Part shown: in pieces, positions 47,818 to 61,164 of the stretch
Position numbering within the stretch: position 1 is the first letter of the stretch
Layout of the letters: every line of letters starts with the position of its first letter
From: Macrostomum hystrix
Lineage: Eukaryota > Animalia > Platyhelminthes
Assembly: GCA_950097015.1 (NCBI GenBank)
Contig: CATNEN010000001.1
Coordinates: forward strand, 23,374,001-23,438,000
Direction: 5' to 3'
DNA: 64,000 nucleotides
Position numbers and translations under genes: made by a program
Notes under the pieces: model-generated
What the model was told of the DNA's origin: nothing
The model's database searches: none
The model's input: the letters and a program-made list of their open reading frames with translations, nothing else

Positions 47818-49279
47818 ACGGCATCTTTGACTGACCGGCGAACTAGCTTCTTAACAGTAGAGAGAACACGCTATTCCCCCCCCCTGGAGAAAGACCACGA
47901 GATATTCAAATGCCCGCTGCCTACTGCACGATGGCTCCCAAACCGAATGACTGATTTTCGTGAAAGTACACCATATCGACTGACTTTCAAAGCCCTCCGA
48001 CGTTTAACATCGGATAAGGCGAAAAGTTCTAGCCGATTGGTTGAACGTTTTAGGAGATGCAATGGAAAGAAAAATGTGGATGTTTTTGAAATGCCACCGA
48101 TAGTCTGCCTTTCCACTGTCTACTGAACTTCTTAGCTTATCAATCTGTAGCTATCCACATTATCATCGTTTTAGATCTACTGGTCGTTTGTAGTGAAGAT
48201 TTTTTCTTTAAAAAGCAAGTTTTTTTAGTCGAGCACTAGTACAATCCAATCTGTTATAGTTATTAATATTTTCTGGCCCTTATCCTTCGTGTTTTCTTGA
48301 CTGGCTTTGTTAAAAACTTGTTAAATAATTGCTTAGTTGCTTAGTTAAGTATGATTATGCTATTGTATGTCAATTCTGAAAGTTTTCTCCTACACAGATT
48401 GATTGTTTTGTTTTCTGTGAGAGAAACAATTTTGATTACAAGTGTACTTGCTTGTTTTTAGTTTGCTACTTTTGGCAGTTGTTGGTTTCGGTAAAAAATG
48501 CATGCTTTTTAGACTAAAAAATTGCTTCTGTTTTTATCAATATTTTCTGCACCTCTGTCTTGTTTCAACTTTTATTATCTAGCAAAATTTGCACAGATTA
48601 AAACAAGTAGCTTTTTTGTTGTTATCATGTAGATAATCATTGTAGCCTATTTGAATATTAACCTTACCTTTTTATCTAATATCTTTTTTCAACATTTTTT
48701 ATCGAAAATATTGAATTTTCTATTCATGAGTGATGCTCTTAATTTGCTTTATATTCCCCCGCCCACTGAAATTAATTGCTTATGTTTTGCTGACAACGCT
48801 TGTGTCATTTTCTGCATATTATCTTCCAAAGCCTATTTCTTAAAATTTTAATAATTATTTTTTAAGCCCTAACAACTGCCTGAAAATTCTCTCTACTTAG
48901 GTTTGTATGTAATGCGATATTATTATTGAGTTATTATAATATATTTTTTAACGTCTTGCTTTACAGTCATGTTTTTCCTACATCTCTTTCTATTCTAATA
49001 ACTGATCCCAGTGACCAAGGAATTGTTTCGAAGGCTGCTTCACTGTGGCCAATTTAAATTTTGAATCGTGAATCACTTCTATCAGATGGCAGTTTGTGAA
49101 ATGCTGTCGTTCCTGTTTCTAACTAGAATTGGTTATATAAATCTTCTTAATGTTTCAACACTTTGCTTGTTCTGCTTTGCCTATCACTGTCACTGCTATC
49201 TGTAGACAATGATGTGCAAAATACAATTGTTTGGATTGGTGTGGGAAGATATTTTAATCATATTTAAATCAATTTATAC

Positions 49280-50200
49280 AGGACATCCACGTTAACTCCA
49301 ACCCCTGTTCCTTCAGGGCATCAGCTGTTAACCCCATCCCCTGTTCCTTCAGGATATCCGCTGTTAACCACATCCCCTGTTTCCTTCAGGACATCCGCTG
49401 TTAACCCCAACCTCTGTTCCTTCAGGATATCCGCTGTTAACCACAACCCCTGTTCCTTCAGGGCATCAGCTGTTAACCCCATCCCCTGTTCCTTCAGGAC
49501 ATCAGCTGTTAACCCCATCCCCTGTTCCTTCAGGACATCAGCTGTTAACCCCATCCCCTGTTCCTTCAGGACATCCGCTGTTAACCACATCCCCTGTTCC
49601 TTCAGGGCATCAGCTGTTAACCCCATCCCCTGTTCCTTCAGGACATCCGCTGTTAACCCCAACCCCTGTTCCTTCAGGGCATCCGCTGTTAACCCCATCC
49701 CCTGTTCCTTCAGGACATCCGCTGTTAACCCCAATCTCTGTTCCTTCAGGGCATCCGCTGTTAACCCCATCCCCTGTTCCTTCAGGGCATCAGCTGTTAA
49801 CCACATCCCCTGTTCCTTCAGGACATCCGCTGTTAACCCCATCCCCTGTTCCTTCAGGGCATCAGCTGTTAACCCCATCCCCTGTTCCTTCAGGACATCA
49901 GCTGTTAACCCCAATCTCTGTTCCTTCAGGACATCCGCTGTTAAACACATCCCCTGTTCCTTCAGGGCATCCGTTGTTAGCCCCATCCCCTGTTCCTTCA
50001 GGACATCCGCTGTTAACCCCAACCTCTGTTCCTTCAGGACATCCGCTGTTAACCCCATCCCCTGTTCCTTCAGGACATCCGCTGTTAACCCCATCCCCTG
50101 TTCCTTCAGGACATCAGCTGTTAACCCATCCCCTGTTCCTTCAGGACATCAGCTGTTAACCCATCCCCTGTTCCTTCAGGACATCAGCTGTTAACCACAT
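49280..50200. repeat. 36-bp minisatellite
   Basis: CAGGACATCCGCTGTTAACCCCATCCCCTGTTCCTT variants. Confidence 0.95.
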
Positions 50201-50799
50201 CTATTTTTGCATTAGGAGTTGATAATATTTTAATTTATTTTTCCCGTGTGGATAGAGCTGTTTTGAATCCGATTTGCTTTCAGCTTTATTATCAGTTTTT
50301 AGCAACTGTCCTGTTTTATCAATAATTTTATTCATAAAATTCTGTTATCTTTGCTTTTCTGTTACCACTCGTAATTCTGTATGAATGTTGATTTTATTTT
50401 GCATCTTTTTGTACCGATATGGAAAGAGACTACTGTCACTTCTGTACCGCCAGTAGTATGACTAGCCTCTGCGTGTATCTGCTCGCGCGCACACACATGC
50501 CACCAACTATTGATGAATAAAATCTGTTGTTTTCTTCTGTATATTAACGTAAGAAAAATGTATTTATTGTATCCATATTTATTTCTTCATTCTACCAATT
50601 ATTTGACTGTCTGTTCTTGTTACTGGCCCCTTGTTGTCCCCTTAAACATCACTTTGCCACCGATTAAGTTGATCGTAAATGAATAAACTGAAAGGAATTC
50701 AATACAATGTCTGCGGGTCTTGCGCTTACATTGTCTTTGTAATAGTTTGTGCATGAAATATTTTGCTTAAAATTTATAAATGATTTAAGGTTGAAGATA

Positions 50800-51232
50800 C
50801 TAGGGAGAAAGGATACACGAGTGAGATTAGACAGGAGAGAGATGAGACACGGGAGAGATAAAGCAGGAGAGAGATAAGACACGGGTAGAGATAAGACATA
50901 AGAGAGATAAGACACGGGAGAGATAAAGCAGGAGAGAGATAAGACAGAAGAGAGATAAGGCAGGATAGAAATGAGCCATGGGAGAGATAAGGCAGGGAAT
51001 GGTTGAGACACGGGTACGATAAGACACGGGAGAGATGAGCTAGAAGAGAGATGAGACTCGGGAGAAAATGCAATAGAGATAAAACATAGGATAGATAAGA
51101 CAAGATAAAGATGAGACGCGGGGAAACAAGACATGGCAAGGCTGAGACACGGAAGACATTAGCCACGGGATAGATGAGTCTCTGTGGAGAAGAGATGGGT
51201 AGATACGAGATAGGAATGAGACGAGATGAGAT
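50800..51232. repeat. Degenerate 16-bp GAGATGAGACACGGGA-family satellite without MITE ends
   Basis: Recognisable GAGATAAGACACGGGA units. Confidence 0.75.
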
Positions 51233-51313
51233 GTGAAATTAACAGCACTAATATTACTTAATATATCATTGCGTCAATTTTTCTATCTTTCAGCCTCTTT
51301 TTTCCGTCAGAAG

Positions 51314-51514
51314 ATGTCGTCAGTCGACGAGATTGGCGAGAGTCGAGGAGTCAATAGCAAACGTGCTTCTCCGCCTATGGATGACGTCAGCCTAGTCACT
51401 AGTCAGCAGCAGCAGAAGCAGCAGCAGAAACAGCAGTTTCAACAGCATCGCTCGATTAGTTCGCCTGAAGCGGCTCAGTTTCAATCGAATCCTCTGACAA
51501 CTGGCCTGCTTCAG
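51314..51514 (+). CDS. WNK: WNK-family kinase, putative exon 1
   Basis: ATG after an acceptor-like tract; MSSVDEIGES...GLLQ; donor GTGATT, phase 0. Confidence 0.6.
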
Positions 51515-51524
51515 GTGATTATCA

Positions 51525-52250
51525 GGAAGAGAAGGGCGAGGCTGGGGAAGAGAAGGTCGAGGCTAGGGAAGAGATGGTCGAGGCTGGGGAAGAGAAGGGC
51601 GAGGCTGGGGAAGAGAAGGGCGAGGCTAGGGAAGAGATGGTCGAGGCTGGGGAAGAGAAGGTCGAGGCTGGGGAAGAGAAGGTCGAGGCTGGGGAAGAGA
51701 AGGTCGAGGCTGGGGAAGAGAAGGTCGAGGCTGGGGAAGAGAAGGGCGAGGCTGGGGAAGAGAAGGGCGAGGCTAGGGAAGAGAAGGGCGAGGCTGGGGA
51801 AGAGTAAGGCGAGGCTGGGGAAGAGAAGGGCGAGGCTGGGGAAGAGAAGGGCGAATCTGGGGAAGAGTAAGGCGAGGCTGGGGAAGAGAAGGGCGAATCT
51901 GGGGAAGAGTAAGGCGAGGCTGGGGAAGAGAAGGGCGAATCTGGGGAAGAGTAAGGCGAGGCTGGGGAAGAGAAGGGCGAGGCTGGGAAAGAGAAGGGCG
52001 AGGCTGGGGAAGAGAAGGGCGAGGCTGGGGAAGAGAAGGTCGAGGCTGGGGAAGAGAAGGTCGAGGCAGGGGAAGAAATGGTCGAGACAAGGGAAGAGAA
52101 AGGCGAGGCAGGGAAAGAAATGGTCGAGTCTGGTGAAGAGAAGGCCGAAACTGGGGAAGAGAAAGGCAAGGCTGGGGAAGAGAAGGGCGAGGCTGGTGAA
52201 GAGAAGGCCGAAACTGGGGAAGAGAAGGGCGAGGCTGGTGAAGAGACGGG
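51525..52250. repeat. 21-bp minisatellite (WNK intron 1)
   Basis: GGGGAAGAGAAGGGCGAGGCT tandem copies. Confidence 0.95.
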
Positions 52251-52302
52251 CAGGAATCCCACTGAATAGCTATGATGCAATGCTTTAACCTATCTCGCCT
52301 AG

Positions 52303-52595
52303 GTGGACACAGCGGGTACTCCAATCATCGGCAATTCGCCCGAAGTGACTCCAAATTCAGGCGGAAGTAGCGGCGGCGGAGTCGGCTCCGGCATTTCGTC
52401 CTTCGCATCGCAGCGGCCTCACAAAAGCTCGTTGAGAACTGGCGGCATCCGGGCTCGCAAGAAGGTCACCATCTGGGAGACCGTGTTGTCTTCGTCGGCC
52501 GCCTCCGCTTTGTCGCCTCACTCTGTCAGCGAGTCTGGCGCGGACACTGCCGACTCTGCGGCGACTGCTGCTGCTGGCGGTGGGCACTTACTCGA
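52303..52595 (+). CDS. WNK: WNK-family kinase exon 2 (low complexity)
   Basis: CCTAG acceptor, GTGAGT donor at 52596; phase 2 matches the next exon. Confidence 0.7.
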
Positions 52596-52694
52596 GTGAG
52601 TCATTCTTGTTATTTCCTTGAGATTTTTCAGCAAATTTCGGTTCAAAAGCTTCGCTGGCTGTCCTAATTTTTACATTTGTTTTGTGTATTTGGT

Positions 52695-52935
52695 CATACC
52701 GGTTAGTCATTGCCCCCTTCTCTTCAGTCATTCTGCTTCGTCATTGCCCTTATCTCTCAGGTCATACTGGCTAGTCATTGCCCTTATCTCTCAGGTCATA
52801 CTGGCTAGTCATCGCTCTCATCTCTCAGGTCATACTGGCTTGTCATTGCCCTCAACTCTCTGGTCATACTGGCTAGTCATTGCCCTCATCTCTCTGGTCA
52901 TACTGGCTAGTCATTGCCCTCACCTCTCTTGTCAT
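52695..52935. repeat. About 34-bp minisatellite
   Basis: GGTCATACTGGCTAGTCATTGCCCTCATCTCTCA variants. Confidence 0.85.
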
Positions 52936-53528
52936 TCTGGTTTTGATACTAATTTAGACATGTTTTAACAAGACAAAACAGTGATAGTTCTGAATATTTG
53001 ATTTGATTAAAATAGCAGCAATTTTTTTCACAAACGTTTTTGGCATCAATGGATTCTATTCTTTTTTATCTTAACTTTCGTGTAGGTTCTCCATTACGCG
53101 GTAGGTAGGTTTGTGTGAAATGTTTTTCCATCGTAATTACACTCAAGTGTTTAGCAGTACAGTGAAATAGATTTTATTAACTTATACATATTTTTCACGT
53201 CAAAAAACTATTGATTTCGTGAAAATGCATTATTAAGGTCTAATTGGAACTAGCTATTAGTAGATTATAGTAGTATTGGCATAATATGTGTCTATTCGAT
53301 TGATTTAAATTACTATATATCCCATTTTTGCGAAAAAGTCCCGTTCCAATTCAACTGATTAATATGCTCTATTTTTCGCCACTCATTTATATATTTTTTT
53401 TTGTTTTCGGTGTTGTTTTTAAGTGTTGTTGCCATGCAACCACTGGTCAGGGTACTTCTTTGCACTTTTATTTGTCGAATGGCTTATGGCATAGGTTATT
53501 TATATCTTTACTAATCGGATTACTTTCA

Positions 53529-54714
53529 AGTTGGGATGTTAGACTCATCTGGGATGTTAGACTCATCTGGGATGTTAGACTCATCTGGGATGTTAGATTC
53601 AGTTGGGATGTTAGACTCAGTTGGGATGTTAGACTCAGTTGGGATGTTAGACTCAGTTGGGATGTTAGACTCAGTTGGGATGTTAGACTCAGTTGGGATG
53701 TTAGACTCAGTTGGGATGTTAGACTCAGTTGGGATGTTAGGCTCAGTTGGGATGTTAGACTCAGTTGGATGTTAGACTAATCTGGGATGTTAGATTCAGC
53801 TGGGATGTTAGACTCAGTTGGGATGTTAGACTCAGTTGGGATGTTAGACTCAGTTGGGATGTTAGACTCATCTGGGATGTTAGGCTCAGTTGGGATGTTA
53901 GACTCAGTTGGGATGTTAGACTCAGTTGGATGTTAGACTCAGTTGGATGTTAGACTAATCTGGGATGTTAGATTCAGCTGGGATGTTAGACTCAGTTGGG
54001 ATGTTAGACTCAGTTGGGATGTTAGACTCATCTGGGATGTTAGATTCAGTTGGGATGTTAGACTCAGTTGGGATGTTAGACTCAGTTGGGATGTTAGACT
54101 CATCTGGGATGTTAGACTCATCTGGGATGTTAGACTCATCTGGGATGTTAGACTCATCTGGGATGTTAGATTCAGTTGGGATGTTAGACTCAGTTGGGAT
54201 GTTAGACTCAGTTGGGATGTTAGACTCAGTTGGATGTTAGACTAATCTGGGATGTTAGATTCAGCTGGGATGTTAGACTCAGTTGGGATGTTAGACTCAG
54301 TTGGGATGTTAGACTCATCTGGGATGTTAGATTCAGTTGGGATGTTAGACTCAGTTGGGATGTTAGACTCAGTTGGATGTTAGACTAATCTGGGATGTTA
54401 GACTCATTTGGGATGTTAGACTCAGTTGGGATGTTAGACTCAGTTGGGATGTTAGACTCAGTTGGGATGTTAGACTCATCTGGGATGTTAGATTCAGTTG
54501 GGATGTTAGACTCAGTTGGGATGTTAGGCTCAGTTGGGATGTTAGACTCAGTTGGGATGTTAGACTCATCTGGGATGTTGGACTCAGTTGGGATGTTAGA
54601 CTCAGTTGGGATGTTAGACTCAGTTGGGATGTTAGACTCAGTTGGGATGTTAGACTCAGTTGGGATGTTAGACTCAGTTGGGATGTTAGACTCAGTTGGG
54701 ATGTTAGACTCAGT
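53529..54714. repeat. 18-bp minisatellite
   Basis: GTTGGGATGTTAGACTCA tandem copies. Confidence 0.97.
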
Positions 54715-55324
54715 AAGGCGAATAAGGTACATTTATTTTTAGTGCACTGTCTATCCTGTTAATTTTGCATGACAATTACAAAAGCGAAAGCCTTTTGTGG
54801 CCCTACAAATGAGAAGAGGTAAGTAGATAAATCCGCTATACGCGTGTAAAAGTATATGCAAAAAATGTTAAAATTGCAAGTGCAATTCAAGTCCTGCGTG
54901 TAGATAGATATGTGTGCATCTGTGTCATCATCGCGTGTAACAGATTGAAGTATGCGCATCTTGCCCCTGTGAATTTGTGCCTCTATTGGCTGTTGCTGCT
55001 GCTGCTGCTGCCCCAGCAATGAACATTAGTGTACTGTTATTTTGCCTAGCCGTTAGAATCAGGCTATAAAATTAGTTAAAATATAGCTAAAGAGATCTAG
55101 AAAAGCCAAGCAAAATTAGTCATGCATTGCTGCCAGTTGCGTTAAGAATACAAATTCTTACTGACTGACTACACTTGCTAATCTTCATACTAAGAAATTA
55201 ACAGCAGACACAGAATTATTGTTCAGTTTGTGTATTTAGTCTGTCATTTTTGTGAGAGAAAAAATCTAATTCGACTAACTTCGACATCGATTGAAAGTAA
55301 GTAAGAAAATGCATAATATAATAC

Positions 55325-56080
55325 TGTTTTCCTGCTGTCCTGCTGAACACTGCGGGATCCAGAAGTCTCGGGGGTCGCACACCGTGCAGATTTTCAGGAG
55401 CAGATAAGAGGCTGTCAGAGTCCTGCGTAGCTCGGGTGGGGGATGTTAGGCTAAGTTAATTTCGGGACTTCGCCAGAACGGAGCTTACTACGTAGCTTAC
55501 TGCTTCTATCAACCTCACCGAGACAGATGCAGGGAACTCGAACACCGATAGAACTTAAGACAGAAACTTAGGACTTGAACAAAACTTGAAGATTAGACAA
55601 CTAATCAAGCTCACGAGGAGAAACGAGTAAGCGGTCCTTTTTTATAGGCAGGGACCTCGTGGTTTCACGTGATTGGATGATGGAATAAGTGAGGTGGTTT
55701 CTAAAAATAGCAACTGACGTCAGATACGCGCTTATGATAACATGTTTACTGTACTTTTAGAGACGAAGAGTGATGCCAGTCACGTGAGACGAAACACGTC
55801 TGGCCTGTGATGGATGAGGCCAGACAGGCACACACACACACAAGAAGGGGGCAGACGCCAGCGCGGGACGATGAGGTGATGAGGGAGAGAAAGCACTCTG
55901 AAAGTGCATGCGCGGCTTACGTGAAACCGGCAGGCAGATAGAGACAGTCCAGACGGCACCAGAGAGAGGCGGGCCGGGCAGTCACTCAGTGCCAACGAAA
56001 GGCACCTAAGCTACCCTGCAGATGGGGCACTGGCAGCTAGTCAGACTCCAATAGGCCCCTAGGCAGTGGCTCACTCTACA
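55325..56080 (-). mobile_element. Solo-LTR-like element (756 bp)
   Basis: TGT...ACA ends, 4-bp TSD ATAC; TATAAA on minus at 55641-55646, CCAAT at 55672-55676. Confidence 0.55.
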
Positions 56081-56084
56081 ATAC

Positions 56085-56420
56085 TACTAATAATAATAAT
56101 AATTGTTATTATTAGGGCTGTGGACAATGGCACATCATTTGGTAACACTAGACCCGCAGCAAGCCAGGAGGCAATTCTGCCCATTTCGCTGACTCCTGAG
56201 CACACACGCACATAGATACTGTACGCAGGCACACATTTCTCATTGTCAGGCAGTTTACACTCTCACCGTGCCTTGGAGGTTGGCCCTCAAGGGCGTAAAT
56301 TGCACGAAAAGCCTCGAAGCCTTCTCTACGCGGCTGCGCCCCAAATGAATGCGGCCTCGCCGCGGAATCGAACTCACGGACCTTGGTGCGAGAGGCAAAC
56401 GTGTAAACGGCTCTGCCACT
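56085..56420 (-). mobile_element. SINE family A with AAT/TTA-rich tail
   Basis: Reverse-complement match to the family head and body. Confidence 0.83.
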
Positions 56421-56759
56421 CACAAAACGCATGGAAAATTCATCGTTCTGAACTGTTTAATATTGTGAATTTGTTAATATTGAGACACGCACTTGTTTAT
56501 GCGTCGAGGGCGCACTATTTCTACAGAATATTTCTGACACCACCGCAGTAAAAGAGTGTACACTGTGTGATTGCGGTGTGCACTTTTTCCAGTCTATCGC
56601 TCTAGTGGTTATTCTAGTAAATGAGAAAGTATAGACTGTGCAGAAGCTGGCACAGGCCAAGTTTAAAACCAAATTAATATTCTTTGAGGGTCATGGGTTC
56701 GAGTCCCCAGCTAGACTAATTAGCTAATTAAGCTTCCACTTGAACCTTCTGAACTGCAG

Positions 56760-57393
56760 ACGTCGGCGAGTTGTTAGCGAGCCACTTTCTACGCAACCGG
56801 AAGGGACAGAGGAAATTGTTGAGAAGCAGAATGAAGACTGGCCTTCAGCGTCTGCACTTTCTTCAGACCAGCTGATTGTCTCCGCACAGTCTGGAGAATT
56901 GCCTTCTCAGCCAGCATCAGGCATGATGTCAGCTGCTGCTGCTGCTGCTTCCACGGCTTCAACCGCATCTGCTTCTATTGGTCAGCAGCCACTTCCTAAT
57001 GCTCAACAGCCACAGCAGCAGCAGCAGCAGCCATCACAGCAGCAGAAGCAGCCAAACTCTTCAGCGCCAACAACAGCTGCGGCGGCTGCGGGGGCAGCCT
57101 CAAGCGGCAGCAAGGCCAAGCAATCCAAAGAAGAGAAGGCCAAAGAGCGGGAACGCAAGCGCGAAGAGCAGCTGTGGCGCCGGCATCAGATCGAGCTGCA
57201 GCTGAAGCAGCGTGGCATCGCCGTCAGCCCGTGCGGCCGCTGGATTAAACACAATCTAAAATGCGGCGAGGGCGCCTACAAGCGCGTGTTTCGCGGCTAT
57301 GACCGGGAGCAGGGCCGGCCTATCGCCTGGTGTGAGCTAAAGTTTCAGGTTGGCAAGGATAAGCCAGCCGAGAGGGAGCAGGTTCGCAAGGAG
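56760..57393 (+). CDS. WNK: WNK-family kinase exon 3 (kinase subdomains I-III)
   Basis: AVSPCGRWIK...GEGAYKRVFRGYD...IAWCEL: Lys in the glycine loop and Cys in beta3, the WNK hallmark. Confidence 0.92.
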
Positions 57394-57414
57394 GTGAGCA
57401 CTCAGTCTCACGAG

Positions 57415-57925
57415 AAATGAGATGACATTTGACATGGCAGATATGAGATATGGGGAGATATGAGACGCGGAAGAGATAGAAGAACACACGGGCGAAAAAG
57501 GAGATAAGACACGGACAGATGAGGAGATAAGACACGGACAGATGAGGAGATAAGACACGGACAGATGAGGAGATAAGATACGGACAGATGAGGAGATAAG
57601 ACACGGACAGATGAGGAGATAAGACACGGACAGATGAGGAGATAAGACACGGACAGATGAGGAGATAAGACACGGACGGATGAGGAGATAAGACACGGAC
57701 AGATGAGGAGATAAGGCACGGACAGATGAGGAGATAAGACACGGACAGATGAGGAGATAAGACACGGACGGATGAGGAGATAAGACACGGACAGATGAGG
57801 AGATAAGACACGGACAGATGAGGAGATAAGACACGGACAGATGAGGAGATAAGACACGGACAGATGAGGAGATAAGACACGTACAGGTATTAGACAGGTG
57901 AGAGAAGAGACACAAGCGAGATGGG
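57415..57925. repeat. 23-bp minisatellite related to the MITE-borne 16-mer
   Basis: GATGAGGAGATAAGACACGGACA tandem copies. Confidence 0.92.
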
Positions 57926-57974
57926 ACGGCAATGCCCTTCTGCATCGTGTGGTTGCACACTTCCTTTCGCGCAG

Positions 57975-58240
57975 GTCGAGATGATGATCAAATGTGAGCA
58001 CCCGAACATTGTTCGCTACTACGATCTGTTCGAATTTTATTTCGAGCTAGAAGAGAACGGAGAACGCGGAGAGAAGGTTAAAGCTACCGTTATCATCACC
58101 GAGTTCATGAGCGAGGGCACGCTCAAGGAGAAGATGAAGACATTCTACAATGAGCAGACCAGAGAGGCTGTGGTAGACTTCAATGTCTTTCAGTCCTGGA
58201 TGCAGCAGATTCTGGAGGGCCTGCGGCATATGCATCACAA
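57975..58240 (+). CDS. WNK: WNK-family kinase exon 4
   Basis: EHPNIVRYYD, IITEFMSEGTLK, SWMQQILEGLRHMH; CGCAG acceptor, GTGAGT donor. Confidence 0.93.
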
Positions 58241-58274
58241 GTGAGTCCGGGGACAGGTGGGGTCTCATATCACC

Positions 58275-61105
58275 CCACAGTCTCTACTCACCACAGTCTC
58301 TACTCACCAGTCTCTACTCACCACAGTCTCTACTCACCACAGTCTCTACTCACCAGTCTCTACTCACCACAGTCTCTACTCACCACAGTCTCTACTCACC
58401 AGTCTCTACTCACCACAGTCTCTACTCACCACAGTCTCTACTCACCAGTCTCTACTCACCACAGTCTCTACTCACCACAGTCTCTACTCACCAGTCTCTA
58501 CTCACCACAGTCTCTACTCACCACAGTCTCTACTCACCAGTCTCTACTCACCACAGTCTCTACTCACCACAGTCTCTACTCACCACAGTCTCTACTCACC
58601 ACAGTCTCTACTCACCACAGTACAGTCTCTACTCACCACAGTCTCTACTCACCACAGTCTCTACTCACCACAGTCTCTACTCACCACAGTCTCTACTCAC
58701 CCAGTCTCTACTCACCACAGTCTCTACTCACCACAGTCTCTACTCACCACAGTCTCTACTCACCACAGTCTCTACTCACCACAGTCTCTACTCACCACAG
58801 TCTCTACTCACCACAGTCTCTACTCACCACAGTCTCTACTCACCACAGTCTCTACTCACCACAGTCTCTACTCACCACAGTCTCTACTCACCACAGTCTC
58901 TACTCACCACAGTCTCTACTCACCACAGTCTCTACTCACCACAGTCTCTACTCACCACAGTCTCTACTCACCACAGTCTCTACTCACCACAGTCTCTACT
59001 CACCACAGTCTCTACTCACCACAGTCTCTACTCACCACAGTCTCTACTCACCACAGTCTCTACTCACCACAGTCTCTACTCACCACAGTCTCTACTCACC
59101 ACAGTCTCTACTCACCACAGTCTCTACTCACCACAGTCTCTACTCACCACAGTCTCTACTCACCAGTCTCTACTCACCACAGTCTCTACTCACCACAGTC
59201 TCTACTCACCAGTCTCTACTCACCACAGTCTCTACTCACCACAGTCTCTACTCACCACAGTCTCTACTCACCAGTCTCTACTCACCACAGTCTCTACTCA
59301 CCACAGTCTCTACTCACCAGTCTCTACTCACCACAGTCTCTACTCACCACAGTCTCTACTCACCACAGTCTCTACTCACCACAGTCTCTACTCACCACAG
59401 TCTCTACTCACCACAGTCTCTACTCACCACAGTCTCTACTCACCACAGTCTCTACTCACCACAGTCTCTACTCACCACAGTCTCTACTCACCACAGTCTC
59501 TACTCACCACAGTCTCTACTCACCACAGTCTCTACTCACCACAGTCTCTACTCACCACAGTCTCTACTCACCACAGTCTCTACTCACCACAGTCTCTACT
59601 CACCACAGTCTCTACTCACCACAGTCTCTACTCACCACAGTCTCTACTCACCACAGTCTCTACTCACCACAGTCTCTACTCACCACAGTCTCTACTCACC
59701 ACAGTCTCTACTCACCACAGTCTCTACTCACCCAGTCTCTACTCACCACAGTCTCTACTCACCACAGTCTCTACTCACCACAGTCTCTACTCACCACAGT
59801 CTCTACTCACCACAGTCTCTACTCACCACAGTCTCTACTCACCACAGTCTCTACTCACCACAGTCTCTACTCACCACAGTCTCTACTCACCACAGTCTCT
59901 ACTCACCACAGTCTCTACTCACCACAGTCTCTACTCACCACAGTCTCTACTCACCACAGTCTCTACTCACCACAGTCTCTACTCACCACAGTCTCTACTC
60001 ACCACAGTCTCTACTCACCACAGTCTCTACTCACCACAGTCTCTACTCACCACAGTCTCTACTCACCACAGTCTCTACTCACCACAGTCTCTACTCACCA
60101 CAGTCTCTACTCACCACAGTCTCTACTCACCACAGTCTCTACTCACCACAGTCTACTCACCACAGTCTCTACTCACCACAGTCTCTACTCACCACAGTCT
60201 CTACTCACCACAGTCTCTACTCACCACAGTCTCTACTCACCAGTCTCTACTCACCACAGTCTCTACTCACCAGTCTCTACTCACCACAGTCTCTACTCAC
60301 CACAGTCTCTACTCACCACAGTCTCTACTCACCACAGTCTCTACTCACCACAGTCTCTACTCACCACAGTCTCTACTCACCACAGTCTCTACTCACCACA
60401 GTCTCATACTCACCACAGTCTCTACTCACCACAGTCTCTACTCACCACAGTCTCTACTCACCACAGTCTCTACTCACCAGTCTCTACTCACCACAGTCTC
60501 TACTCACCACAGTCTCTACTCACCACAGTCTCTACTCACCAGTCTCTACTCACCACAGTCTCTACTCACCACAGTCTCTACTCACCACAGTCTCTACTCA
60601 CCAGTCTCTACTCACCACAGTCTCTACTCACCACAGTCTCTACTCACCACAGTCTCTACTCACCACAGTCTCTACTCACCACAGTCTCTACTCACCACAG
60701 TCTCTACTCACCACAGTCTCTACTCACCACAGGCTCTACTCACCACAGTCTCTACTCACCACAGTCTCTACTCACCACATTCTCTACTCACCACAGTCTC
60801 TACTCACCAGTCTCTACTCACCACAGTCTCTACTCACCACAGTCTCTACTCACCACAGGCTCTACTCACCACAGTCTCTACTCACCACAGTCTCTACTCA
60901 CCACAGTCTCTACTCACCACAGTCTCTACTCACCACAGTCTCTACTCACCACATTCTCTACTCACCACAGTCTCTACTCACCACAGTCTCTACTCACCAC
61001 AGTCTCTACTCTCACCCTGCAGTCTCTACTCCCACCCTTCAGTCTCTACTCTCACCCCGCAGTCTCTACTCTCACTGTGCAGTCTCTATTCTCGCCTACA
61101 GTCTC
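58275..61105. repeat. 16-bp minisatellite, about 2.8 kb (WNK intron 4)
   Basis: TCTCTACTCACCACAG tandem copies. Confidence 0.98.
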
Positions 61106-61164
61106 ATCCACTCTCATCCAATAGCCCACTTACTCTCAGTTCATTCCCGCCCTTCGCCGCACAG

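Noticed and set aside
51233-52288. Protamine-like Arg/Lys-rich ORF (RLGKRRA)n
   Set aside because: A 21-bp tandem repeat bounded by a donor at 51515 and an acceptor at 52302; read as intron, although retention is not excluded.
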